Source of the DNA: the human T2T-CHM13v2.0 reference genome, Homo sapiens
Direction: 5' to 3' (one strand)
Assembly (NCBI RefSeq): GCF_009914755.1
Contig: NC_060938.1
DNA: 64,000 nucleotides
Made by a program: the position numbers and the translations under genes. Below, one piece after another: positions 1 through 15,905 of the stretch. Under the pieces are notes generated by a model. That model was not told the DNA's origin. It worked only from the letters and a program-made list of their open reading frames with translations, and did not search any database. Position 1 is the stretch's first letter, and every line of letters begins with the position of its first letter.

Positions 1-604
<604 letters not shown>

Positions 605-1374
605 TCAGAAATGAATTACAACATCTTTCTACCTCAAGTTCTACATGAGCAAACACTGATTGAGGGAGTCTGCTATTATTGCTTGGAAAGTCTGCCAGAT
701 CCCAAAACAGACTGAACCTTTCTTGAATCTGGCTTCAAGAGTTTTTAGTTCCTGAATCATTCATTTTTAGACTCTATGGAAATTGTACCTTGACTAGCAA
801 GAATGAAGGAAAGCAGAGGCATCTGAAGAAAACATCTCACAACAATGGTATTTATCATCCTTGTTTTAGGGGTTAGAAACCAGAAGAGCAAAGATTACTG
901 AGATTTGTCCAAGGTCACATTGCCTGGAAGGGGCAGATCGAAGACTCAATGGGTGGGCCTGACTTGGAAGCCCTTGTTACCGGAACCTGAAAGAAGCTTT
1001 AAATACGCAGCCATGTTGATGAATGGAAGGACACCCCAAGGAAATTTGCATCTGAGAACTACTTGAGGACTCTGGATGAAGGTCTGTCTCAAACTCAACT
1101 TTTCAGGTTTCTTAATTCAGCATCGCCTCTTTGCCCCTCACCATGATTCTCTTTCTATCGTAGAGGTTCAACCCCTATATCCTCTGTGATTTTCAGTGAT
1201 GAAGTATCTTCTATCCAGATTTTGTACCCTTTCTCCCAAACTGCTGGTAAATCCTTTGCCCAGTATTTTGTCTTCCTGGAATCCCTTCTTTCTTTCACCC
1301 CAACTTGACTTCCTAGAGAAATAAGCAGCACTATTAAAGGTATAGGTAAAACGATGAAAAGTGTCAGAATATCA

Positions 1375-1747
<373 letters not shown>

Positions 1748-2507
1748 CTATGGAATTTAAGAGGAACTACCACTTAACACTGAACAGAGGAGTGACCCTA
1801 AACAGAAAAACCACCTACCATCTCTGAACTAGGAATGACCCTTAAGAGAGGAACTACCTCCCACTTCTGAATTGGGAACTGCACCATTTTCACTGCACTT
1901 CTGCAGTTTCTTCAATGATTTAGTCCTGTTCTTTAAGGCCCACTTATGAGTCATGAAATATTTTGGCTCCAAAAACAACAGGAAGTACCTTAAATCTTGA
2001 CTAAGGTTGTTAAGATCTGGATTTTTTCCAAGAATCAAGGGGATGAAGAGGAGTACAGAGGTTAAGGTCTTTATAGTTTCAGTACAAGCTTAGGGCACAA
2101 GTTAAGCTTAACTCCAAATAGCACTGACTCACACAGCCAAGATGGCAGAAGTGCCAGCTGCATTAAAGAAGAATACTGCTACCTGAGTCTGGGTTTCATT
2201 TCCTCTGAAATATTAACTTGGCCTAGGTCTATATAGCTGCTGGGAATGATACACTTGCAAATACTGCATATGTTAAAAACATAAGGATGAGACCTAAGAA
2301 GGTACTAGAAAGAGTCAGAAATAGGATTTATCCCTGGGAATCCTCAAAACAAATACATATTTTTCAAAATTAAAAAATTTAAGAAAAGAAATTGGATTCA
2401 TCTGACTTGTCCAGGTTGTTTCTAAGTAGTTTCAAAAACTGATTTTAAGCACACATCTGCAATCTACAGATGTATACTCGATTTTGGGAACCTGCGTTCT
2501 TAAAATA

Positions 2508-2545
2508 AGTGTGTGTGTGTGTGTCTGTGTGTGTATGTATGTATT
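2508..2545. repeat. (TG)n microsatellite
   Basis: gtgtgtgtgtgtgtgtctgtgtgtgtatgtatgt. Confidence 0.85.
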
Positions 2546-3834
2546 TTAATCTCAGTCTAACCAAGGACAAAAGTACTTGTATACAATAAATGCTTGACCA
2601 AAAAAGGTTTAAATAAAGCCTTTAAAAATCCCATTTCCTCCTGCCCCAGAGACTGGGCAGTTGAATGGGAGAGAATGCAGGTGAACTGCCTGATAACAGT
2701 GCCTGTAACAGGGTAAGTTAAGTTCTGCCATTCAGCCATCATTGCTGAGAGGCAGACTCTGGTGCCGGATGCCTGGGTTTGAAATCTCACTATCTCTGCT
2801 ACTTACTGTATAGCCTCAAGGCAAGATACTTTACCTCTCTGGAGATAATGGTGTAGCTGAGCTAACACAAATACAGATCTTAGGTAAGTGTTTGGAACAT
2901 AGTGATACATATATTTACTATTATTATCATATCTGGATTTAGTCCATGAGTTTAATCTAGAATAGCTGCTCCTGGGTAGGTTAGCAAGTTCCCTTCTGAC
3001 ACAAAAACTGGACCTCTCACCTCAAATATACTTTGTGGATAGAAATTATGTTTCTAGCCAATAGGATGGACTCTTTCTGTCTCAAAAGTGGAATGCATGA
3101 AGACAGAGGCAAACTGCAGGTTGAGAGTACATTATCTGCTATGCAGTCAGTCACCAGATTAGCTCAGTACTATAAAAGTATGATATGAACTCAGAAATCT
3201 AAGTAGATGTTCTTTGCTGCCTGTACCTACCCTTGGGTGGAACAGTCTCTTTAACTATCATCACACTGACCAACACTGCTCCAGCTAGGTCAGTAAATAG
3301 TACCTTGCAGTCCTTTATCCCTCAGCTTGCTTCTCCATCATTGCAAAGTTCTTAAACTGCACACACTCTTAAGCATCCAAAACAGTTTGAGAAACACTCT
3401 CTTCCACTCCAACCCATTTTTGGTGAATAGGGAAAAAAGAAATCCCGAACTTCAATCAACAATCTATTGAAAATCAGTGCTAATGTTAAGGCTTTCAATG
3501 TCCAGCTTCCACCTGCTTCTTTCAAGGCTGAGTCACATAATCTAGTAGGAAGTAAGTAAAGGGTAGTACTTATAGCTCTTTCATCCAGTTTTCTGATGAC
3601 AAGAGGTTCTTAGACTTCCAGTGTCAATAGAACAAACTCCTCTGTTCTAACCAGCAAACATTACAAAATTAGTTTGCTTGGTCCACTTTCTCACTTGAGG
3701 AAATCCCACGCCAGGGAAGGTGGGTGTAGAGTGGAACACAAAAATCTTTGATGTGGGCACTGAAGTCTTTATATCATATTTCCCAATTCAAAAGTAAATT
3801 ATAAATCTGTAACTGAAACCCTTCTTCCCTTTAA

Positions 3835-4342
<508 letters not shown>

Positions 4343-4651
4343 GAATGAGTTATTAAAATTAATAGTGTCTTCATCCAAACGCTGGCTACTAAGTTTAATG
4401 GAGGGAAAGGCAGTAATTTGAAGCGATAATAGCTTTCAAGTGCCAGTCTCCTAAATCAATGGAATAGCATTTAAGTGTTAATCGGCCAGCACTCCATTCC
4501 TTAATCAATCCTGTCCCCTAATCCCCAACTTTGCTTTTGTCTCAACATGAATTTTTATGACATAGGGGAAAAAGATTTCCATCTATGTTTTCAACACATT
4601 TCATTGAGCAGTTACTATTACCTGGGCACTGGATATAAAGCAGCAAACTTA

Positions 4652-5313
4652 TGAAACCGCCTTTGCAAAAATCCTGAGGAAATTAAGACAGTGAAAGAGA
4701 TCAGGACTCACCTACCCATCTTCCTTCTAACCTCTAAACTGTCTTTGTTCATTCCTGGGTGTAGGCTGAACTAGTCTTGGAGAGGAATTTATAGTTTAAA
4801 CTCTGAAACGAAATGGATAATAGCCCTTTCCTGAAAAACCCCTTCTTGCCTGGGGACCGGTCTGCCTTTGTAGGACTAACAAATTAGCTACGAGTTTAGG
4901 GGCCACGCCGCCTCTGGCTGTAAGAGTCTGAACCTCCCCAAATTGCTCCTGGTAATGATATCACTATTGTAAAACCTAAGGTCAGTGCTTGAGATATTTT
5001 GCAGATCCTGCATTCCGATGCAGCAAATGACACCACCCAGAGGTCAGCAAGAAGAACTCACTTCGACTCTCCTATGATTTTATCTTCAACCTGACCAATC
5101 AGCACTCCCCACTTTCCAAGCCCATACCCGCCAAATTATCCTTAAAAACTCTGATCCCCGAATGCTCGGGGAGACTGATCTGAGTAACAATAAAACTCCG
5201 GCCTCCCCCACAGCCGGCTCTGCGTGAATTACTCTTTTCGCCACTGCAAATCCCATCTTGATAAATCCGCTCTGTCTAGGCAATGCGCAAGGTGAACCCC
5301 TTGGGCGGTTACA
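4652..5313 (+). mobile_element. Solo ERV1 LTR, LTR8/LTR8A family
   Basis: Starts TGAAACCGCCTTTGCAAAA and ends TTGGGCGGTTACA, matching recalled LTR8 termini. TG..CA ends, 4-bp TSD CTTA (4648-4651 / 5314-5317), CCAAT 5095-5099, AATAAA 5189-5194. Confidence 0.88.
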
Positions 5314-6053
5314 CTTACTCTGGCTCCCCATTCTGCTGCGTGACTTTAGGTAGGCTACCCAACATCCCTGGAATTCAATGATTGATTATACGATCTCCGT
5401 GCTTCCTTTCCACTCATAGATCTTACAAAGTCAGTTTCATGCCTCTTTCATTGACAGTTCTATCTCTCTATCTCCACCTCTGAACAACATTGCTCGAGTT
5501 TCTGTTCCGACAATTCTATAGACTCGACTCAATGAAGGCACTCAGAATTTCTACCACCTGTTGTATTTTCCAACAAAGATTCCAACCACAGCGGCGAGAG
5601 GGAGTTATGTATCACAAGCTGTGATTAGAGACACAATGAGATTTATACAAGGAAAAACTGATTAAGAATCACAAGATTCCAAAGCCCAAAGGAAGTCCTA
5701 TTTGTAACAATAAATGATGAAAAAGGGGAATTGACTTTTGACTTGTCAGCAAAAACGAAATTAAAAGAAAAGCAAAAGGAGTTGGAAGGGGGAGGCGGGA
5801 TTCCAAGATACAAAGCATAAATAAAAAGAAGTTCTGTGCTCCACCCCTCCACCAGAGCTGGATACAGCCCTTCTGTTGTCCGCCCTACAAACTTTAGGAA
5901 ACTTCAGCAAAAGGCCCACCTCCTGGAGTTCCCAGGAACCCCAAAACACGCGTTCTAAGGAAAGAAACAAAGTTGTGCGCGGTCGGGTTTCATGGAGGCC
6001 GGCGCCTTCTCCCCCGACCCAGCCCATTCCAGTTAGGTAGGGTCCAAGGCTCA

Positions 6054-6338
<285 letters not shown>

Positions 6339-6592
6339 TCAGGCGACCTGTCACCAGTAACCACAGCTGAGGCCCGCCCGCGCCCCGCCCCCGGCTCCGG
6401 AAAGCCAGCTCCAGCCCTCTCAGGCCCAGAAGCCTGCAGTCTCCGCCCATGCCATCCCCTCAGAGGCCTGACCCGCCCGGACCCACCTCCGCCCCGCCCC
6501 GCCTCACTCCTCCCCGCCCCGTTCCTTCCCTTTAGAGCACCTCTCCGGCTTCCTGGGTGCGTCCCCGCCGCTGCCGTCTGGAGCATTCCTAG

Positions 6593-6826
<234 letters not shown>

Positions 6827-6946
6827 TAGAAAGGCACCTGGAAAGGGTGTTTGGTTCTGCGCCTCTAGGACAAATGGGAAACTAAGGCCTGTGGGGGATG
6901 CGAGGGTTTGGTGGGAGGCCGTCCAGGTGGGGGTCGCCAGGTTTAG

Positions 6947-7467
<521 letters not shown>

Positions 7468-7710
7468 TAACACCGCCCGTCTCACAGTGAGGATGCAGTA
7501 AAGGTTTGTTGTTCTGAATCAAAGTAACTAAGTTATAGGAGCAAAATTGATCTGCCCAGGTCCATTGGGTAGTCGGTAGAAAGTCAGGCCGGACTAGATT
7601 CCAGGCTTAAGTCCCTACACGTTTCCCAGTATTTATTCCATTGAATCATTTTGCCTCAAAGAAAATCAGCACCTGTTAAAGGTAATGGGGAAGCTCCCTC
7701 TGTACTTTAG

Positions 7711-7971
<261 letters not shown>

Positions 7972-8314
7972 TGTGATGACTGGTGACTCTGGGATTGTCA
8001 CCAGTTGTACCAATTTGAAGAACCTGGAATTAGTAGAATTCTAGAAGTTTACTTCTAATCATGTCCCTCTCAATTTTATTTCCCGCAGTCCAGGAGTGTT
8101 ATGTTTTGCCACTATTATTTTCAGAATGTGAAGATTTTACTCTTGGCTTAATTTTTCCCTCCACTCAGTGCTAAGGCTGAGCCTCCAGATGCTGTTACCT
8201 CAGATTTAATCACTGGTTGAAACTCCGTATAATCTGTAGAGCCTCCATGGCTCTAAAATTTGGAATTAACTTCTCTTGCCTTAAGAGCTGCTTGTACATA
8301 TGTGGATAGCTATG

Positions 8315-8356
8315 TATAAAAGCTTCATTTTAAAGAAGGTTCTTATTGTGTTGTGG
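8315..8356 (+). terminator. Candidate ISCA2 proximal poly(A) signal (variant TATAAA)
   Basis: TATAAA 8315-8320 with upstream TGTA motifs and downstream GU-rich ttattgtgttgtgg. A second candidate, ATTAAA, lies at 9000-9005. Confidence 0.45.
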
Positions 8357-8798
8357 ATCAGGGTCACAGATTGGGTAGCTTGGACACCAGTTATTAGAGG
8401 ATGAGAAAAGTAAATGAAATGTTCTCTTTTTCACTTCACCCTGCCAGAATGTGCCACTTGACTTATCTTTATTGTCTATGCAACCCATTTGCCACTTCCT
8501 GTTTGATAGGACAGATACATTTTACTCTCATGCTCGTGGATCTGCTATGAGTCATAAAACCAAGAGCCCGTTACCCAGAAAACTTGGACCAAACCCTCAC
8601 TGATAGTGAATTATTTCAAAAATAGCCTCCCTACTCATACAGACATTTTAAGATTCTGTGACAATTTAATGACTGAATCTTTTTAGGATATGTTGCTTTA
8701 CCTGCCTTCTGTTGTAAAATGGCTCTGGTCTCATGCACAGCAGGAAGTGATCCCTTTATTGTTATAGGTAATAGATTCTTGGGAACCTTTTTTTAGAT

Positions 8799-8954
8799 TG
8801 GGTTACCAGATGAAATGTAGGATGCCCAGTTAAATTTGAATTTCAGGTAAATAATTTTTTAGTATGCATATGTCTCAAATATTGCATATACTAAAAATTA
8901 CTATTTGAAATTCAAATTTAACTCATATTTTTATTTGCTGACCTTGGCAACTCT
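8799..8954. mobile_element. MER53-like palindromic hAT MITE
   Basis: gggttaccagat...ttggcaactct termini; internal inverted repeat agttaaatttgaatttca / tgaaattcaaatttaact. Confidence 0.78.
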
Positions 8955-9761
8955 GCTTTAGGGTCACCAAACAGCTTTTAAAATCACAAATTCTAGTGAA
9001 TTAAAGTACTTGTGTAGGTGTGGCACTTAAATAGGCTTCGGAGCTTGAAATAATCCTGTTAGAGTACTGTGGAGCTGTGTGGACAGACAGTGAAAGAAAT
9101 CTACCACCATCACCACACCGAATGATTTATTAATACTGATGTTGGAGAAACTACAACCAAGTTGATTCTGGAAGAGTTACTGGTTAAATCCATCTTTTGC
9201 TTGGGAGCCTAGAAGTTTGTTACAGTAAAGACTTGCATTTCTGCACTGGATTGGAATTAAGGTCATTTAGTAAGAATTTACTATTTAAAAAAATGGAAAT
9301 AGAGTTTAGAAAATATCTGAGACAGAAACTTAGATACATTTCCAACATGGCAAAACCTAGGACTTAGAGAAAACAAACCTATCATGCGGTTAGAGGAGAG
9401 AAGGGGACACTCAGAAACCTGAGCACATTTCTTAGAGCTGGTGGAAGGAGGCAGAAAGCAGCATACCATGGGAGCATCTGTGTGCACACATGACCAAGAC
9501 AGTGCCGCCAGTACCTGCGCCTGATAGGGTTTCAGTTCAGACTACCTGTCCTTTCATCCTCCTTAAAAAGATTTTGCTACATTTTAAACATTAGAATATA
9601 TTCTTTAAGAATATTTTTGTGGGTTATTTATTGATTTTGTGGTTTTAAAACTCTTGAGCACGAGCAGAACAGCTTTTGTTGCTAAATCAATCAAATTACA
9701 GTGGTGCACTAGACAGAAACAGTCCCTTAGAATGCAGCTTATATGTGAGTATCTACTGTTA

Positions 9762-10131
<370 letters not shown>

Positions 10132-10321
10132 TCACACTGAGAAAGCTTCATTGGGAAACCAGAAGTGGCAGCAGGAAGTCTCCATTGGTGGAGACTTTAT
10201 GTTGTTTTTCAAAGAGAAGGTCTCTTGGTCAATGCCCAGATCTTATTGTGGTACCATACTTGAGTTATGTGATGAGAGTGACCAAGGGTATGTAAATTAT
10301 GTGTCCCATCCACTCTTAGTT

Positions 10322-10605
10322 TCTTTCTTTTTATTTGAGGCAGGGTCTCAATCTGTCTCCTAGGCTGGAGTGCAGAGGTGCAGCCTCTACCTCCCAGGCT
10401 CAAACAATCTTCCCACCTCAGCCCCTGCAAGTAGCTAGGACTACAGGTGCACACCACCAAGCCCAGCTACTTTTTGTATTTTTTGTAGAGATGGGGTTTC
10501 ACCATGTTGCACAGGAGTCTCGAACTCCTGGGCTCAAGCAATCCTCCTGCCTCAGCCTCCCAAAGTGCCGGTATTACAGGCACGAGCCACCATGCCTGGC
10601 CCACC
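10322..10605 (-). mobile_element. Alu (AluJ-like)
   Basis: Reverse-strand dimer with gggctcaagcaatcctcc AluJ-type motif. Confidence 0.88.
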
Positions 10606-11149
10606 CATAGTTTCTTCGTATGGGAATGTTGAGTGATTACAAGGGATAGGAGGAAAGAAGTTGAGAAGTAAAAGATTAGGAAGGACTACTAAAGTAGGTG
10701 TTCAGGAAGAGACTCTTCTTTCTGTAACTTCTGAGAATCGAGCTCTGTTGTTTTGTCGTTTGTTATAAAGCATTAGAGTGCAGGGGTGGCATTTGGCAGG
10801 ATCAACCTGGTATAGGGAAGTGGGCAGCACTGATCGTGGTGGTACAGCTCTCCCTTGAAATCTGGACCCAAGCTAATGTTGTGCAGCTGGCTTTGGGCAG
10901 GGCCTAACACTGTTCACTGCATGTTTTGTCTGAAAGGAAGGAATCTCTTCTATTTTTCTTCCTATCTAGCATTGATGTTTATGATCGTTCTTTTAAAATC
11001 CGTATTTTCCACTCTTCATAAAAATGCCACAGGGCTGCCTGACAAATTTGCATTAAGGAATTTTGACATAATTAGCACCTGGCTTTAGTTGTAAATTATA
11101 GTCAGATAAATATATAAAGAGAAGGAGCATTTAAGCAATCTTTGGCCAG

Positions 11150-11174
11150 CAACTGTATTTAAAAATATTTTATT
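11150..11174 (-). terminator. LTBP2 distal poly(A) signal candidate
   Basis: AATAAA on minus strand (tttatt 11169-11174) at the edge of an old L1-like fragment. Confidence 0.5.
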
Positions 11175-12260
11175 TTTTTTGAATAGGTGATACATATGGT
11201 ACAAAATTCAAAAAAATACAAAAGGAGATACAGTGAAAAGTCTCCCAATCCTGTACCTATCCACCCTGTCACCCTCCCCACAAACCACCATTGGTTCTAA
11301 GAATTTATCCTGCAGATGTAATCCCATAAATTAATGTGAAATATGCACAAGAATATTCATTACAGCATTATTTATAGCAAAAGACAGGAAACAATGGAAA
11401 CGTCTGTCAGTGAGGGACTGATTAAATAAATTATGGTTTATCCATTCAATGGAATAGTATACAGCTGTAAAATGAAATGAGGCAGCTCTAATTGCAAGTA
11501 TAAAAAAAAAGCAAAGTGCAGAACAGCATGCATAGTATGCTATTTGTATTTTAAACAAAGGAAATATGTATATATGCATACAATATCTCAAGGTTGGCAG
11601 GAAGGTGGAGATTGGAGTGTTGTGGGGGCAGTGGGAACAGCAGTTACGAAGGTGTAGTGCCAGCAGGATATATTTGGGGGATGGTAAGTTCTCCGATGGT
11701 GAGGTATAAGGCGGAGTGGCAAGGATGAGGTGAACAGACAACCGCTTCTCTTTCCCCATTCTTTAGACAAATAGTGTTATGTTACATGCTGTTATGCAAC
11801 CCTCCCTTTTCCCCTTAATTTGTTTTGGATATCTTTCTTAAGGAATTTAGAGCCACCTTTTTTAAGGGTTCCATAGCAATTAATTGTTTCTAATCTTTAG
11901 CTATTACAAATGATGCAGTAATAACTTCTTACGTATGTCATTTTATATCTGGTGAAAATATATCTGAAGGTTAAGTTCCTAGAAGTGGAAACTACTGGAT
12001 CAAAGAGTTAGTGCTTTTATAATTTTGAAGGACATTGCCATATTGTCCTCTTCAATATGTACTTCTGTCAGCTGTTATGAGAGTACCTATTTCCCACATG
12101 CTTGCCAGCTAGGAGTCTTAACAAGCTTTTTGATCTTTGCCAATCTGACAGTTTTAAAAAGGATCTCAGTATGGTTTTAAGTTGCATTTCTTTTATTATG
12201 AGTGAAAGAATATTTTTACATGCGTAAGAGTGACTTATTTTTGTCTGCTGAAAACATCTC
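11168..12260. mobile_element. Old L1 (L1M/L1ME-type) 3' fragments in mixed orientation
   Basis: AT-rich with L1 3'-end motifs (atattcattacagcattatttatagcaaaa; ctagaagtggaa..actggatcaaag; agtatggttttaagttgcatttc). Confidence 0.6.
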
Positions 12261-12279
12261 AATTAGTATAGGGACCTAG

Positions 12280-12430
12280 AGCAAATTATTTAAGCTTTCT
12301 ATGTCTCAGTTTCCTCACCTGTAAATTGAGAATAAACAATAGTAAGTAGGATTATTGGATAATTAAATGAAATGTATGTATGGCACTCAGCACAGTGCCT
12401 GGCACATGGCAAGCATTCAATAAGTTATGT
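12280..12430. mobile_element. MIR SINE
   Basis: tctcagtttcctcacctgtaaa..gagaata core and cacagtgcctggcacat. Many similar MIR/L2 pieces occur through the introns (e.g. ~2750-2930, ~17080-17270, ~42930-43050, ~58240-58440). Confidence 0.7.
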
Positions 12431-12707
12431 GATGGCTAACAATCAGAGGAGCAGGTAGGACAGGGCAGATTAAATTAAGAAAGTAGCATTCACTTCCATG
12501 CTCCAGTCACATGGAGCCTTGTTCATTTACATTGCCATTCATCAGAGAAGTACGAAGTCAGAGCTTTCCTTGTCTTTTAATAGTAAAGAGTCATTTCCCA
12601 TTGGAACCCATCATAGGCTATCAGCAGAGCTGGCCAGGGAGTAGGCACAGCCTCATCTCTAATATTTAGACTTAGCCAACATGGTAAAGAAATTTAATCT
12701 GATATGA

Positions 12708-12748
12708 AATAAAAACAACAGAAGAGACCAGATGCACATTTCTTTATT
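12708..12748 (-). terminator. LTBP2 proximal poly(A) signal
   Basis: AATAAA on minus strand (tttatt 12743-12748) followed by U/GU-rich tctgttgttttt, about 1.1 kb after the stop codon. Confidence 0.65.
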
Positions 12749-13854
12749 CCACCATGGTTCTGAACTCCCAGCTAGTTTGGGTTGGAGTGAGTCTCTGCTT
12801 GTAAACTCAGAGGAATGCCTGCCATCGTTTTCTGAAGGGAAAGGGCAGGGGTTTCTGAGTGGAGGGGAAAAACAACATTGGAAATCTGGCTGCTTCTGAA
12901 CAAGACCACACTGGAAAATAGACTTTTTACTTTTAGCACATCAAACTGGTTTTCACAAAAGGAGATCCCAGAAGAGGTTTGTTTCCTGTAAGAAGCAGTG
13001 TTTATGTAATAGAGGTCTTTGTAGATGGGTGCTGTATCCCATGGCAGCCCTTGCTGCTGGTGCCCACAGGCTATCACTGGGCGGATTCAGCTACTGAATA
13101 TTTTCTTTAGACGTATAAAGCCTTGGCTCCCCTTTCTCATCAACTCCACGTATTTTTCATCATGTCCTCTTGCTGCTTTCTCAGGCTCTTTGTTCTTCTT
13201 CATTTGTGTCTCTTACATTCAACAAGCTAATATCAGCCTTGCTTCTCTGAGTGAAGGGATCTTCTGCCACTCCTTGGGGTCAGAGAATGGGCTACAGGAT
13301 GGAGGTGTGGCAAAATCAGGGCCCAGAACAGATTGGCTGAGTGGTGGTGATGGTTCTTAGGAGGGGGCTCTGGAGTCAGTCCCCAAGCTTCCCCAAATCC
13401 TTTCTTGCTCCACAGATTCTGAAGGACCTCCCTAGGGCAGATGTAGCCTCTGTCCCAGTTGTGGGATCGTCAGGATGATGGTGGATTGTGGCTGGAAAGG
13501 GGTGTCTGCAGTGTGAGGCCATGGGGCCTTGCATGCTCGCACAGCTTGGGAGGGTGGATGAGGGCCATCCTTTGGTAAGCATCCCATAGCAAGGCCAGGA
13601 AAGGTGGTGGACAGGGCCTCATGCGGTGGCTGAAGCATTAAAGCGATTGGTGGTGCTTGAGCCAAGCAAGGGCATGGAGGCAATGACCGAAGCTTACAGC
13701 CAGAGGCTAAGCTGGGAGAGATGAAAGCAGGCAAGGCTGATTGGAAACCTCTGGCCTGATGTCACGGTGTCTTCCCAGCTAGGAAATCATCCTCAAGGCC
13801 CCTGCCTGTGACTGGAGGCCATTTCCAGGTAGTTGCCACACTGACCCCTGACTG

Positions 13855-14000
13855 CTACTCCTTGGCAGTGCAGTGGGGGGGCCCTGCCTCAGCCACATAT
13901 CCCGGGGAGCAGTGGCAGCGGTAGGAGCCCTCTGTGTTCTCGCAGTAACCATGGACACAGAGCACAGCAGGCCCGTTCAAGTCATCACACTCATTCACAT
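13855..14000 (-). CDS. LTBP2: LTBP2 last coding exon (36), cbEGF + stop
   Basis: cttag|; [48 protein letters not shown]; TAG 13855-13857. Confidence 0.96.
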
Positions 14001-14411
14001 CTAAGAGGAAACAAAGGAGAGTGCTGTAGGGAGCCCAGGTGCCTCTGCTGGCTGCCTCCACCTCTCTGGTTAGTAAGCCCTGGCCACTGCCCTAGAGTGA
14101 AACCCTAAGTGTGACAGCCAGAGGCTGAAGTCACTTCCCAAAACCAAGCAACTCAAGGACAAAGCAGGGGGCAGCAAGCTCATACCATGCCCAAGACCGT
14201 GCTCTCTTGTCCTTGTCTTTTGTCTGGGAACCTGCACGGAAGGGGCTTTCTAAAGCACATAATTAAACCTTCCTTTGGCGCTTTCTTCCCTTCCAGCCTG
14301 ATGCAGACAGCCCCACTAGGAGGCAGCAGTGGCTCTTCCAGCCTTCCTGAGTTCAGGCGTCTCTGTGGGCAGTGGGCCAGCCTGACTCCTCCATCAGAAT
14401 TCTGCACTTAC

Positions 14412-14561
14412 CTACGCAGGCCATGTGGGCCGCATCCAGCTGGAAGCCCTCAAAACAGTCACAGGTGTAGCCCTCCCGCACGCGCACACAGCGGCCATTC
14501 TCACAGCCGTTCAGGATGCCGCACTCCTCCGCCTGAAGCCCTTCGAAGCCGGCTGGGGGCT
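14412..14561 (-). CDS. LTBP2: LTBP2 exon 35, EGF-like
   Basis: [50 protein letters not shown]; cag| ... |gtaagt; 150 nt. Confidence 0.95.
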
Positions 14562-15623
14562 CTGGGAGGAGGAAATCGGAGAGAGGAGGAGGCTGAGGGC
14601 TGTGTCCAGACTCTCCCTAATGCTGGGACCCTCGCCCTTCTGGACAAAGGGTGCCCCTGTGGAACTGTGGGGGTGGGGGCAGAGAGGATCATAAAATTCT
14701 TGTGGAAAGATGCTAGAACAAAAGGCAGTACTCTTGAAAAAAAAAGTATGTGTCATTTTAGATGGGGAGAGGTGCTCTGGGCTTCAAATGAGGGCTCCAG
14801 GGAGGCTGAGACTCGCTGCTTCCACAATGCCCGGCTCCTGCTGGGGTTTGGGTGGTCGAGGAGTGTGTTGCTACATAGTTTTTGGGTTTGGGCGTGGGGA
14901 AGGGGTGAGGTGTTTTGTTTAAACCTTCACATCGTGTTTTTGGGAAGTGGGGAACAATTGGTAGCAGAGGGGCCTCACTCAACACAAAGCAAAACATTGA
15001 CCAGATCTACCTAACCCTCTTCACTCCCTAAGCACCCCTCCACCCCATGGAAAAGGCCACACCCTACCCAGAGGTATGGTTTTAGTCTGATGTGGTAGCT
15101 TTGCCTGTGGTGGGTACCGTGTGCATGGCACAGTGCTAGGCTTGACTTCCTCATTAGACTCCAAGGCCTGAGTGTTTGGATCGCACCATTCACAAACCGA
15201 GTCATCACGGTGGGCCTTTAAAGTCCTTAGAAAACCTTAATCCACACTTCAGGTCACAAGTGTGAATGCTGGGTGTCCTTAGAGCAGGTTATTCTGCAGC
15301 CTGTAGGTGGCGTGGAGGGAGAAAAAGACTGCAGTGAACAGCTTTCTCTCTCTCTCTCAGTCCCCACAGGAAGCTTGTAGGTTGGGACAGGGGCAGTGTC
15401 CTGTACCTTTTTGTGTCCCTGTGATAGTTTATGACGGAGTTGTTAGGGTCGGACCTGGGCGTATGTACTTGTCTCAAGCGAGCCGTGAACGGGGACCTCT
15501 GGCTTGGTGTGTCTTTCCCCTTCCCAGTCCTCACCCTGCTGGCAATATGACTAGCAGGTGGAGGAGATGGAAGTGAAACAGCTTTGGTGCCCACCTCTTC
15601 CCCAGTTTTGCAGCAACACAGAC

Positions 15624-15905
15624 CTGGATGGCTGGCCACGTAGTGGGGCTGGAGTTCTGAGGGCTGCAAAGGAGACTCAAGGATGGGTGTGCGGTCCGCT
15701 GAGTGACCGGCTGTGTTGGGGAAGGCAGGCTCAGGGACGGTGTCCTCGGGGCCCAGGTAGTTGTAGAAGGGGGCCCCATCTGGGCCATAGATGCTGTAGT
15801 GCAGGTCATCGGGCCCGGGGCCATACTCATAGCCTGGCCGGAAGTGGACCCCGGCCTCCCGCTCTGCCTCAATGCGAGCCACGTTGCACAGCTGAGCATA
15901 GACCT
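15624..15905 (-). CDS. LTBP2: LTBP2 exon 34, end of TB domain plus Pro-rich linker
   Basis: [31 protein letters not shown]...PHYVASHP; 282 nt; donor gtctgt. Confidence 0.93.

Noticed and set aside
1946-3536. AP-1 sites (TGAGTCA/TGACTCA at ~1947, ~2125, ~3529) as an NPC2 intronic enhancer
   Set aside because: 7-mer matches are scattered across the whole window; sequence alone cannot support an enhancer call
14187-15014. 275-aa plus-strand ORF, and similar long ORFs at 21627-22355, 25493-26188, 36965-37765, 44508-45122 and 62711-63394
   Set aside because: No recognisable domain. They are antisense shadows of GC-rich LTBP2 exons or stop-poor intronic sequence, and many use non-ATG starts.
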